Shown in pieces: positions 29,895-39,318 of a DNA stretch of 62,430 nt (its first letter is position 1; the number at the start of each line of letters is the position of its first letter). This DNA comes from Phycisphaerales bacterium (GTDB taxonomy: Bacteria; Planctomycetota; Phycisphaerae; UBA1845), in assembly GCA_030631415.1 (NCBI GenBank), contig DAOVLE010000001.1, positions 1-62,430 on the forward strand, given 5' to 3'. The notes under the pieces were generated by a model. The model saw nothing but the letters and a program-made list of their open reading frames with translations, was not told where the DNA came from and searched no databases. The translations under genes were made by a program, and so were the position numbers.

Positions 29895-31094
29895 CTACTC
29901 AATAGCATTTTCCGGCTCGACTTGTCCAGCTCTAATCGACATCCGACCCTCGTGCTCGGCAATCCAGCGGAACGTCTCGCGGGCCAACTCCGCCAGGGTC
30001 AGCAACTCATCGCGGCCGAAGTTGGTCGACTCGTTCCATTCGCCGTCTGCATCGTTCTTGAACAGCCGGCAAAACTGCGTGTTATGCCATGGGCCGTTTG
30101 ACGACGAAGAGGAGTTCTCCCAAACCGTTGCCTTCAGCCTTCCGATTCTGATTTGTGCTACAGGTTGCTTTCTTTCTGTTTCCATTTCTTCCCTCCTTAA
30201 ACTCGTCTCAGTAGCGGTTGGCGTTGACCGTTCTGTAACGCGATCTTGGCCAGCACGTTTCTTGAAGACGAGGCAGTATTCATGTTTTATGGGGACGTCT
30301 TCCAACGTCCCGTACTTCTTCGAATCTGATTTACAGTTGTGCTGGGCCTTGATGATGATTGACCGCAGCTCCCCGAGCTCATGCTCCATGTTCAGGACGT
30401 CCCGGACGATGGGTGTGTACACGCCACGCCAGCGGACGTCCCCAAGCAGAACGGCGAGACGGCCACCGGGAACCAGGGCGCCGGCGCACTTCACGAGGCA
30501 AATCTGGAGCCGCCCTAGAAACTCGGGATAGCTTTCACAACTGCTAAGGTCGCCGTCGTCACCCTTGCTGTACTGGACGATGTTCCAGTACGGCGGGTGC
30601 AGCCAGATGAAGTCAAACTCGCCGGGCAGGGCGTCCGTCAGAAGATTGAAGCCCTGATGCAGGTCGCCTCCCCAGTATTGGATGCATGCCGGGCACACGC
30701 GATTCAGGCCGCTCACCACGTCGCGCGTGGTGCCCGACCCCATCATGGGGTCGGCTACCCTCTTGGCCCCGTACCGAAGAACCAGGTTCTTGAAGAGCCG
30801 TCCATCGCAGTTGCCCGGATAGCTCGAATCACCCCACAGCGAGCACCGAACCGGGTACGACACCAGGGAAGTCATCGCAGTGTTTTCGACGTAGAGTTCT
30901 GGCTGATTGCTTTCGTGTCGCGTCCCTCCATCAAAGCTGGAGGACTGTCCCGTTCGGAGCTGCGGCGTGCCGAGAATGGGACCGTCCTTTTCTCGTCGGA
31001 GGCACGCCGTGGCGGTCGAACGGGGTGGGCCGACCGTGCTGGTGCCGGCGCCGCATGGGCTGCAGGCGCCGTATTGTTCGGGGCGGCACATCAT
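29895..31094 (-). CDS. putative DNA (N6-A/N4-C) methyltransferase fused to a small C-terminal domain
   Basis: Motif I is VADPMMGSGTT and motif IV is WLHPPYWN. The start is uncertain (MTSLVSY at 30875 is an alternative). The last ~70 aa are paralogous to the product of 31171-31425. Confidence 0.6.
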   Translation of the reverse strand: MMCRPEQYGACSPCGAGTSTVGPPRSTATACLRREKDGPILGTPQLRTGQSSSFDGGTRHESNQPELYVENTAMTSLVSYPVRCSLWGDSSYPGNCDGRLFKNLVLRYGAKRVADPMMGSGTTRDVVSGLNRVCPACIQYWGGDLHQGFNLLTDALPGEFDFIWLHPPYWNIVQYSKGDDGDLSSCESYPEFLGRLQICLVKCAGALVPGGRLAVLLGDVRWRGVYTPIVRDVLNMEHELGELRSIIIKAQHNCKSDSKKYGTLEDVPIKHEYCLVFKKRAGQDRVTERSTPTATETSLRREEMETERKQPVAQIRIGRLKATVWENSSSSSNGPWHNTQFCRLFKNDADGEWNESTNFGRDELLTLAELARETFRWIAEHEGRMSIRAGQVEPENAIE

Positions 31095-31170
31095 ACTGCT
31101 CCGTCGAGAGTCCCAGGTGAATGGAACCGGACGCCGTTTCCTTCAGGATCCTGTGATCCAGAACCGAACG

Positions 31171-31425
31171 TCACTCCGACTGCTGGGGCTGCTCCTGCTG
31201 GGAAACCCAATCGAACGCGCGATCGAGCGCCTCCTTCATGAGCAGAATCTCCGTTCCGGACAGCGAATGGGTTTCTTCCCAATCGCCGGCCTCGTTTCGA
31301 TAGATCCGGACTGGCACCACGCTGTGCATGACGCCGTTTTTCGTGTTGTTAACCCATATGACCGCCTTACAGTGCCCGACCCGAACCGTATGGGCGGGCC
31401 GGTTCTTCGACTTGCTGTCCGCCAT
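31171..31425 (-). CDS. small protein, stand-alone copy of the domain fused to the neighbouring methyltransferase
   Basis: 84 aa. VGHCKAVIWVNNTKNG..VPVRIYRNEAGDWEETHSLSGTEILLMKEALDRAFDWV aligns with IGRLKATVWENSSSSSNG..FCRLFKNDADGEWNESTNFGRDELLTLAELARETFRWI. Confidence 0.55.
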   Translation of the reverse strand: MADSKSKNRPAHTVRVGHCKAVIWVNNTKNGVMHSVVPVRIYRNEAGDWEETHSLSGTEILLMKEALDRAFDWVSQQEQPQQSE

Positions 31426-31693
31426 AGGACAACCTCCTTTCGAGCTATGGCATCCGGTCCATCACCTGGTACTCGCGTTATGGTCATCACGGCCGGCGGC
31501 GTGCGGTAAGAGACGGCCACACACGTAGCCGCGGATCGCCACGCCGTCCGCAGGGAGGCGACTAGGCTGGCCGAGAGCGATGCATTGGCCAGTCGACCGC
31601 GCTCCCGCCACGGATGACATCTAGAGTATAAGCTGCATTAAGCTACTAGTCCAGCGTGAGTGCCAAGAAAACGCACAACTGCTTGTGGTACGG

Positions 31694-32599
31694 TCAGTTA
31701 CGTCTCTTGTCGGGTGGGGCGGGGATGAGCCGTAGGCTGGGAATGTGGGTCGATCCGCGGTGGTTCGTGTTATGCCCCTCGATCCTGTGGCTGAACTGAA
31801 AGGCCCCGTGGCGCGCAGTACCGGCCTTGGTGCATCTCAGCCTGGCCGGCCGCTTGCACTCAGGGCACCGTACCCTGAGTCCGAGCCGGTTCAGGAGGCG
31901 TTGCAGCTCTGAGGCGAAGCGTCGGTTGAGGTCGAGGCTCTTGAACGAGTGGCCCACGAACCCTTGCAGTGCGGCGTCAAGTTCCTGCACGAGGGGCGCT
32001 TCCGCGTCGTGGATTCGCTTGTGGTAGTGGCGAAACAGTGATTCGAAGTCGAGCCGCGCAGTAACTTGCTCTGGCTCGCTAACTGGCGCCTCTGACGTGG
32101 GCTTCCCGGCTGGGCCTGGTGCGGCTGACAGGCGCAGGGCGATGACAACATGGACTTCGCCGGTTCGGTGCTCGCGAGTGACGGGAGCGTTACCCGCCAA
32201 AAGTGCGAGGGACAGTTGGTGTGCGACGTCAATGTCCGGAAACAGGAGCATGTCGGCGAGCCGTGGCTTGACCATCAGCTCGAACAGCAAGCAGTCAAGG
32301 CCTTTGTCATGCTCAGCGCGTTGGAAGGCCTCCATCAAAACGCGTTCGCGGAGGGCCTTGTTGACGGCCATGGACAAAGAAGAGGCGGCGTCTTCGGCGG
32401 CGTCTTCGGCGGCTTCCTTGTCACCAGCGGAGACTTCTTTGCCCAGCGCGACCTGCGGCGTGTACGACTTTTCGGAAAGCGGAAACAGGCGAATCTCAAC
32501 ATCCACGCGCGAGAGTTCCAGACTCTCGTCGAAGGTTGGTGGCGGCGCTTTTGAGGTCTTTGTCTTTTTCATTGCTTCATTGGTCCGACGCGCACACAC
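31694..32599 (-). CDS. hypothetical protein with C-terminal zinc-ribbon-like motif
   Basis: 301-aa ORF (the start may be MKKTKTSK). The C-terminus has RCPECKRPARLRC...HRIEGH. Confidence 0.45.
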   Translation of the reverse strand: MCARRTNEAMKKTKTSKAPPPTFDESLELSRVDVEIRLFPLSEKSYTPQVALGKEVSAGDKEAAEDAAEDAASSLSMAVNKALRERVLMEAFQRAEHDKGLDCLLFELMVKPRLADMLLFPDIDVAHQLSLALLAGNAPVTREHRTGEVHVVIALRLSAAPGPAGKPTSEAPVSEPEQVTARLDFESLFRHYHKRIHDAEAPLVQELDAALQGFVGHSFKSLDLNRRFASELQRLLNRLGLRVRCPECKRPARLRCTKAGTARHGAFQFSHRIEGHNTNHRGSTHIPSLRLIPAPPDKRRN

Positions 32600-32886
32600 G
32601 ATGCTGCACGCTCGTGGATCGTATCTTGATCCGGGTTGGAACTCCAGGGCAGCCTAATTGAGCCAAGGGTAGGGATATCCACCCGAAAGCTGCACATCTT
32701 CAACAGCGGCGTGCCGCCCTTGAAAGCAACATGGCTCGCGAGGGCCGGGTTGGCGAATGCGTGACGCAAAACCCGGCGGTCCCGGAAGTTCTTCTCGACA
32801 ACGGCCGGGTTCATCGCGCGCCAAGCCGTAGTGTCGCGGAAGAGACCGCGGCAGTCATTCCTGGAGAGCTTCGGGGCCTTATCCAT
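32569..32886 (-). pseudogene. truncated AbiEii-type nucleotidyltransferase toxin
   Basis: The ATG at 32884-32886 overlaps the stop region of AbiEi. VEKNFRDRRVLRHAF...HVAFKGGTPLLK matches the N-terminal EKDY....L..L...FKGGT.L.K block of AbiEii. The ORF ends after 105 codons instead of about 300. Confidence 0.55.
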
Positions 32887-33496
32887 CGCCGTCCTCTCGA
32901 CATATCTTCCGGATGGCAGCGTACACCCACCCGGTGGCGGTGCTCGTATCGGCAAGAATCTTGCCGCGTAGCTGCGGATCGAGCCACTTGCGGATCCGGG
33001 CGATGCCACGCGGCCTGATTCCGTCGGCCCCAAGGGACTTCAAGGCCTGCACGATCAGAGCACTTTCGTGATACCGGAAACCTGCTTCCTTGAGGGCAGT
33101 GTGCTTGAACGCCAGCGAGGTAGTCCCTATCTCGTAGGACCGGTCGGGGCCGTCGGACAGGAAGACGTACATGGCAGGTACCTGCGTAGATAGGCCCAGG
33201 AGGTTCTGCGCAGCCGGCCCGCTGGGCTGGATGCGCCAGCCGAATTTCCGGGCCAGCGCCCCGGCAACCTGGTCGATGTCCGGGCCCATTTCCGCTTCGA
33301 GCAGGTCGCTGTATGGGGGGTAGTCGTAAATCCCCCGAATGACCCGCCGGATCGTGCCCTTTGCCAGGAGTCGGTGCAGGGCGATGTCGATCGCCCCGCG
33401 GCTGGCGAGGCGGGCGAAGTCCTTCTGGGAGAACACCCAGCCACGCCCTTTGCCGTAGATCTTGCCCAGCAGCTTTTGTTCGGTGCTCTGTGCCAT
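32879..33496 (-). CDS. AbiEi-type (DUF6088-like) type IV antitoxin / transcriptional regulator
   Basis: 205 aa. The sequence QKLLGKIYGKGRGWVFSQKDFARLASRGAIDIALHRLLAKGTIRRVIRGIYDYP is the family's winged-helix N-terminus. Confidence 0.7.
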   Translation of the reverse strand: MAQSTEQKLLGKIYGKGRGWVFSQKDFARLASRGAIDIALHRLLAKGTIRRVIRGIYDYPPYSDLLEAEMGPDIDQVAGALARKFGWRIQPSGPAAQNLLGLSTQVPAMYVFLSDGPDRSYEIGTTSLAFKHTALKEAGFRYHESALIVQALKSLGADGIRPRGIARIRKWLDPQLRGKILADTSTATGWVYAAIRKICREDGDG

Positions 33497-33751
33497 CGCG
33501 AAGCCGTTTCCTTGTAAGAAAATATACCATATTTTTCTTACATGTCAACCGGTGGATGCTAGCCTTTCGCTCGTGCGTGCCCTGGTTATCGGACTGCTTC
33601 CATCGCCTGCGGGCGGGCTCCCCGAGGTCTGAGCTGTTGGCGACAAAGCGAATCGGTGGTGCCGGTGCGTCGAAAACTCCACAGCCGTGAGCTTGGTAAC
33701 CCCTGTTGCGCTATGCAACGTGGAGCTGAGCGGCATCCATAACAGCTTCGA

Positions 33752-36700
33752 ATGACTCGATGGAGGAAGATGAAACGCCATACCAGCGACTTGGCAGATA
33801 GCGGACGCAAGGCGGCCCGTTCAGAAACAGACGGGCGAGATGCGGGCTCCCAATTGCTCTTCGATTTCGGTGCGCTTTCCGCACCGTCCCCAGTTGTGAT
33901 CCCGTCAGGGCGTGAGTGTCCGGAATGGCAATTCGCGCTTCGATTCGCAGCCATCATGGAAGCAGAGCCAGCCTGCACCTTTGACAACGCGGAGGTGTCG
34001 AGCCTGGCCCGCGAGATATTCGGAATGTCTGCCGGACACGCACGCGATGCGTACGACGCGGCTGAAGCCGGATTCAACATCTACATGGAGCGTGTCGGGC
34101 TGGACCTGAGCGATCCGCACGCCGCGATTGAGTGGCTCGTCGCCCAGCAGGCGCGATTGCCGCGGCAAACACGTCGCGATGAGGTTCAAGTTGAGTTCCA
34201 GCAATTCAGCACGCCGCCGGCCCAGGCGCTCGTGCTCGTGAAGGCGGCGGCACTTCGACCCGGAATGAAGGTGCTCGAACCCAGCGCGGGCACGGGCAAC
34301 ATCGCGGCCTTGGCACGACTGGCCGGCGCTGAGGTCGACACGAACGAGATCGATGAGCGTCGGGTGAGCCTACTGTCGCTTCAGGGATTCGAGCCGACGG
34401 CGTTTGACGCCGAACGTCTCGACAATCTTCTTCCGGCGGACAAGCTCTACGACGCCATCGTAATGAACCCGCCGTTCTCGGCGACCGGTGGACGCGTGCG
34501 GGGACATCGCACGGCGTTCGGGGCGCGGCACGTCGAGCAAGCGCTGCTACGCCTCAAGCCCGGTGGACGCTTGGTGGCCATCGTGGGTCGCGGGATGGCG
34601 TTGGAGCGGCCAACGTTTCGCAAATGGTGGGCCGAAATCGAGCAGCGCCACAACGTTCGGGCGAACCTGGGCATCGACGGCTCCGCGTACGCCAGATTCG
34701 GCACGACGTTCGACAACCAGATCATCGTGATTGACCGAGACGGCTCGACCGCGAACGAGTCGGACATCATCAGGGGAAGCGGGCTGTCACTTTACGACGC
34801 ATACGAGTTGATCAAGAATCTTGGACAGGAGGACGTATATGGGCGAATTCGCAGACATGATGAAGCAGCGGGCGGTGGAGGTGCTCCGGCGAACGTACGG
34901 GCAGGAACCATCGACCGGAACGGACCCGGTGGTCGAGTTGATGGGACTGCTACTGGAGGACGGGGCAGGGGGCGTTCGGCGGCTGCCGCAGATACCGCTG
35001 ACGACGGAGCAGTGGATCCTCTGGCACCAGCTCGTGATGGAGCGGCCGGAGGAGCTTGTCCGAATGTTGACGCAAGTGCTCGAACGCGAGCGGATGGAGC
35101 TTCCGCAGGAAGCCGAAGCGATGCGGGTGTGGGCAGCTCAGCTTCTGCTGAGCACGCTGGACGAAATGGGGATGGCATAGGCCAACTCGAAACTGCCGTC
35201 CCGCTGCCGGCGCTACGCATCGAGGACGGCACCGTCTTCGCCGCCTACCGTGTACAGAAGGCGATCGTCCGGGGGTCAGAGCCCCATCCGGCCAACGTGG
35301 TCGAGTCCACGGCCATGGCGTCCGTCGAGCCGCCGGACGTTACCTATCGACACCACCTACCCGCCGAAGTGATCGCCGAAGGCCGCATCTCAGATCTCCA
35401 ACTTGAAGACGTGATCTACTCCGGACAGGCGACCAGCGTGCCGCTGCCCGACGGCTCGCTCAAGGGGCACTGGAATGGCGACGGCACGGGAATTGGGAAG
35501 GGAAGGGAGGTCTACGCATTCATCTACAACGAACTTCAGCAGGGCCGGCGCAAGCACGTGCATGTTTCGGCATCGCACCAACTGCGGGCCGATGCCGAAC
35601 GCGATCGTGACGCCGTTGGGATTCCGCTTCCGATCGTGCACCAAGCCAAGTTCAAGCCAGGCGAAGCGATTCCCGCCGAGGCGGGCGTGCTGTTCACAAC
35701 TTACACGATGCTCAGTACGGATTTCGGAGGTGAGCGCCAGCGATTCAAGCAGTTGACCGACTGGCTCGGAGCCGATTTCGAGGGCGTGATCGCATTCGAC
35801 GAGGCGCACCTGATGAAGAACGCGGCCGCCACGCCGCACGGCGGCAAGGCCACGGTGGACCACGGCACTCTGCGCGGGAACATGGGCATCACGTTGCAAC
35901 GCCTCTTCCCGCAGGCTCGGGTCCGCTACTTCAGCGCGACCGGCGCCACGGAAGCCCGCCACATGGCCCCCTACGAACGGTTGGGGCTCTGGGGTGTCGG
36001 GGCTCCGTTCGCCGACTTCCCGGCCTTCCTGGTGGCGATGGAGCGTGGGGGCGTCGCGGCGATGGAGATGCTCTGCCGCGACCTCAAAAGTGTCGGGACG
36101 TATCTCTCTCGCACGATCAGCTATGGTCCCACGCGCCGCGAGGATGGGAGTGTCGTGCCCGAGAGCGCGGTCGAGTACGAACCGCTTCTGCACAATCTGA
36201 CGGTGGATGAACAGCGACAGTATGACCAGATCGCCGACCTGTGGTCGGAACTTCTGACAGCGTTCGAGTCGGCTGAACAGAACGCCGGCCAGGGACGAAA
36301 CTCTCACCGATACGCCCAGTTCTACTCGGCCCAGCAGCGTTTCTTCTTGCAGTTGATGATGGCCTACACGCTACCCGACGTGATCCCGGCCATCGAGATG
36401 GACCTCCAGCAGGGACGCTCCGTGATCCTGAGTCTCTTCAACACGGGAGAAGCACAGGCGGATCGCAAGGTGCGTGACGCCCGCGCCCAAGGCATCGAGC
36501 TATCCGAACTGGACGCAACCCCGCGCGAAATGATCGTACAGCTCATCGAAAAGCAGTTTCCCATTTTCCAGTACCGCGAAGAAACGGACCCCGTGACCGG
36601 CAACGTAATCAGCGTGCGCGTCGAGGACGCGGCGGGGAACCCGGAGATCAACCGCGAGAACCAGCGGCAGCAGGAGAGGTTGCTCGACAAGGTCGCCGAC

Positions 36701-38344
36701 CTGGACTTTCCGCAGAACTCGATGGATGCTCTGATTACGCATTTCGGCGTCGGCAACGTGGCCGAGATCAGTGGCCGCACGCACCGGTTCGAGAATGGCA
36801 AGTACGTACGGCGCAAGATTCGTGGCGTGTCGCGGCGGCAACTCAACGAGTACGAGACGCGGCTGTTTCAGCGGGGCAGAAGGCGTCTCGCCATCATCTC
36901 CGGCGCGGGCTCAACCGGCATCAGCGTTCATGCCGACGTGGACGCGAAGAACCAGCAGCGCCGCGCTTTCTACGCGTTCCAGCTCTCATGGTCGGCTGAC
37001 CAACAGATGCAGGCCTTTGGCCGTGTGCATCGGTCGAATCAGACTTCAGCGCCGGTCATTCGTTTGGTATTGCTCGACCTGGCCGGTCAGAAGCGGCTCG
37101 TGAATGCCGTCTCCAAGCGACTCGCCGCACTGGGCGCGCTGACCAAGGGCGAACGACATTCGCTTTCGAGCGAACTCTTCAGGCCGGAGGACGTAACCGA
37201 CCCATTCGGCAAGGCTGCGCTGGCCCGGCTGTACCGGCAGATCGAATCCGGCCGGCACGCGGATGCAGGGTTTGGCCTGCGCGACCTGGATCGAATGGGC
37301 GTGCTGAACAAGGAGAAGACTGCGGTCCGGGACAGCTACGCGAGCAACGTCGAGCAGTTTCTCAACCGCATCATGGTGTTGCACGTCGAGAAGCAGAACC
37401 GCATCTTCGACCTTTTCTACGAGCGTTACCAGGAGGCGGTGGAGGCGGCCAAGCGACAGGGGGCTTTCGACTTCGGAATGGAGGAGATTCGCGCCCGCAA
37501 CCTGCGGAGAACCGCCGAGGCGGAAACGCTGTTCGTGGACCCGGCATCCGGCGCCCGCACGATGTTGCATGAACTGGAAGGCGAGGTCGATGTCGTTCGA
37601 CACACCTTCGCTACGGCGGCGAGCACGGGCGATGAGGGCTTCCATCGCAACAAGCGCAGCCGGCGAGTATACGCCGTATCGAAACACTGGGACGCCTATC
37701 GGTCCGAGGTGTTCCTCACGGCGGTCAAAGGCCCGCGACGAGCATTGGAACATCGTGAATTGGAGGACAAGTACGAACGAGTGGAGCAGGCGGAAGCTCG
37801 TGAGTGGTGGGAGGCGGAGTACGCGAACACACCGGCGACCGAGCCGCGTCGGTTCTACATCCTCAGCGGCGCGATATTCCCCATCTACGACAAGGTCATG
37901 GGCTCGTCGGGCATTCAGACCGTCAAGATCGCGCGGGCCATCCTCGCCGATGGCCAAGCCCTGGTCGGTCTCAACCTGAGCGCATCCGACGTACCGAACG
38001 TCAAGCAGCGGCTCGGCATCGGCACACCGCTGGGCGAAGCCTCGCCGACGGAGATCGTCGGCCTGCTGATCGGCGGCGCCGTAATCGAGTTGGACAACGG
38101 CTGGCAGCTCACTTCGGCCCGCATCGCGGGCGACGAGGTGGTAGAGTTGGTACTCAACGGGGTCCCTGGTAATCGTGAAGAACTGCGACGCTATGGCTTG
38201 TCGGAAGAGATCATCTACTACAAACGGCGCTGGTTCGTCCTGTTGGATGAAGCGGCGACCACCTTGCCGAACCTTCTTGCGCAGCGGAAACCGATCAGGG
38301 ATTTGACGGCCGCGGATACACCGATCCTGGTCGAACAGAATTGA
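33752..38344 (+). CDS. N6-adenine methyltransferase fused to an SNF2/strawberry-notch-like helicase (DarB-like anti-restriction type)
   Basis: 1530 aa. MTase motif I is VLEPSAGTGNIA and motif IV is VMNPPFS. Helicase DEAH box is IAFDEAHLMKNA and motif VI is AFGRVHRSNQ. Residues ~360-475 are a G/A/R/D-rich stretch that is out of frame with an embedded ORF. Confidence 0.85.
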   Translation: MTRWRKMKRHTSDLADSGRKAARSETDGRDAGSQLLFDFGALSAPSPVVIPSGRECPEWQFALRFAAIMEAEPACTFDNAEVSSLAREIFGMSAGHARDAYDAAEAGFNIYMERVGLDLSDPHAAIEWLVAQQARLPRQTRRDEVQVEFQQFSTPPAQALVLVKAAALRPGMKVLEPSAGTGNIAALARLAGAEVDTNEIDERRVSLLSLQGFEPTAFDAERLDNLLPADKLYDAIVMNPPFSATGGRVRGHRTAFGARHVEQALLRLKPGGRLVAIVGRGMALERPTFRKWWAEIEQRHNVRANLGIDGSAYARFGTTFDNQIIVIDRDGSTANESDIIRGSGLSLYDAYELIKNLGQEDVYGRIRRHDEAAGGGGAPANVRAGTIDRNGPGGRVDGTATGGRGRGRSAAAADTADDGAVDPLAPARDGAAGGACPNVDASARTRADGASAGSRSDAGVGSSASAEHAGRNGDGIGQLETAVPLPALRIEDGTVFAAYRVQKAIVRGSEPHPANVVESTAMASVEPPDVTYRHHLPAEVIAEGRISDLQLEDVIYSGQATSVPLPDGSLKGHWNGDGTGIGKGREVYAFIYNELQQGRRKHVHVSASHQLRADAERDRDAVGIPLPIVHQAKFKPGEAIPAEAGVLFTTYTMLSTDFGGERQRFKQLTDWLGADFEGVIAFDEAHLMKNAAATPHGGKATVDHGTLRGNMGITLQRLFPQARVRYFSATGATEARHMAPYERLGLWGVGAPFADFPAFLVAMERGGVAAMEMLCRDLKSVGTYLSRTISYGPTRREDGSVVPESAVEYEPLLHNLTVDEQRQYDQIADLWSELLTAFESAEQNAGQGRNSHRYAQFYSAQQRFFLQLMMAYTLPDVIPAIEMDLQQGRSVILSLFNTGEAQADRKVRDARAQGIELSELDATPREMIVQLIEKQFPIFQYREETDPVTGNVISVRVEDAAGNPEINRENQRQQERLLDKVADLDFPQNSMDALITHFGVGNVAEISGRTHRFENGKYVRRKIRGVSRRQLNEYETRLFQRGRRRLAIISGAGSTGISVHADVDAKNQQRRAFYAFQLSWSADQQMQAFGRVHRSNQTSAPVIRLVLLDLAGQKRLVNAVSKRLAALGALTKGERHSLSSELFRPEDVTDPFGKAALARLYRQIESGRHADAGFGLRDLDRMGVLNKEKTAVRDSYASNVEQFLNRIMVLHVEKQNRIFDLFYERYQEAVEAAKRQGAFDFGMEEIRARNLRRTAEAETLFVDPASGARTMLHELEGEVDVVRHTFATAASTGDEGFHRNKRSRRVYAVSKHWDAYRSEVFLTAVKGPRRALEHRELEDKYERVEQAEAREWWEAEYANTPATEPRRFYILSGAIFPIYDKVMGSSGIQTVKIARAILADGQALVGLNLSASDVPNVKQRLGIGTPLGEASPTEIVGLLIGGAVIELDNGWQLTSARIAGDEVVELVLNGVPGNREELRRYGLSEEIIYYKRRWFVLLDEAATTLPNLLAQRKPIRDLTAADTPILVEQN
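34839..35180 (+). CDS. embedded out-of-frame 113-aa ORF inside the methyltransferase-helicase linker
   Basis: AGGAGG at 34827-34832, a 6-nt spacer, then ATG at 34839. The alternate-frame stop at 34809-34811 lies just upstream. Third-codon positions are overwhelmingly G/C in this frame, whereas the host frame has A/T-rich third positions across the same 342 nt. The product is helical and protein-like (MGEFADMMKQRAVEVLRRTYGQ...). Confidence 0.5.
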   Translation: MGEFADMMKQRAVEVLRRTYGQEPSTGTDPVVELMGLLLEDGAGGVRRLPQIPLTTEQWILWHQLVMERPEELVRMLTQVLERERMELPQEAEAMRVWAAQLLLSTLDEMGMA

Positions 38345-39318
38345 GAACAGGGCGCAGGCTGCATGGAACGGCTCAGCCGGGCTCGCCAAACAGGTTGTCG
38401 CGTGCCGGCGTTGGGGGCGGCGGCCAATAAGAATAAGGGTAACTACCACCGTCTCGGCCAAGCCGCAAGATCCGTAAGCTATTGCCTGAAAGCTGGTTAT
38501 GTGCCTTGGGCGGACCGCGATGTCCAGCCGACCAGGCTGGACTTCCCCCGCGACTACTCAAACGGGCGGCATTCGCACTGCCTTTGGCCTCCGCAGGAGT
38601 AGCTCAACGTGAGCTTTGCCACGAGTGGCACCGTCGACGCTCGCATGCCAGCGCCGTCGCGTTTCCCGCGCACGTACGCTGTTGCCGGGTCGGCGGCTCG
38701 CCAGCTACCCGCTCATTGACACGGTCACGCGAGACTGTCCGCCTGCCAGCCGACTCCGTGGAGGGCGGCCCCGCGAGAATGTAATGATCCTGTTCGTACG
38801 GCGGTCTGTCGGGAATCGGATTCTTTGGGCTTGTTCGGCATCGATTCGATTTTCGCGAATTACCCATGCCAGTACAACCACAATCGGGGCCGGGAATGAT
38901 CGAGCGCCGCACCTGACCACAAGCATGCTGTCTCGAATCACCCTCATGGTCGACAACGCCGCAGCGTATTGCGACCTAGTAACCAACTTTCTTGGACCCA
39001 CCACGAATGCCCCAGCCGACAGCTGCGACTAGGTGGGAATGCGTACAAATGCGGCGGACCACTCATCTGTCGGCTGAGCGAGATCGCGGGAATTCGGTGA
39101 GTATCCCTGCCGCCGGACCGTCGTCGACTTGCTGCCCGTGACCAAGACACGTGTCACGCCGCGGTCAGCTTCGCAGAGCAGGTCAATAGTGCGTAGCCTG
39201 CCGTACCGAGGATCGCACCTTGCACCGCCCACTTGCTCCGCGATAATGGCACGTACGGGCTGAGCGGGGCGCCGCCGGTAAGTGCCCCCGGCCACAACCT
39301 GTACGGGAGTGCTGGCGA

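Noticed and set aside
33752-38344. Splitting the 1530-aa ORF into separate methyltransferase, small-protein and helicase genes.
   Set aside because: There is no stop codon in the long frame and no start codon for a separate helicase gene after 35180. I therefore kept the long ORF and reported the embedded ORF as an overlap that needs verification.
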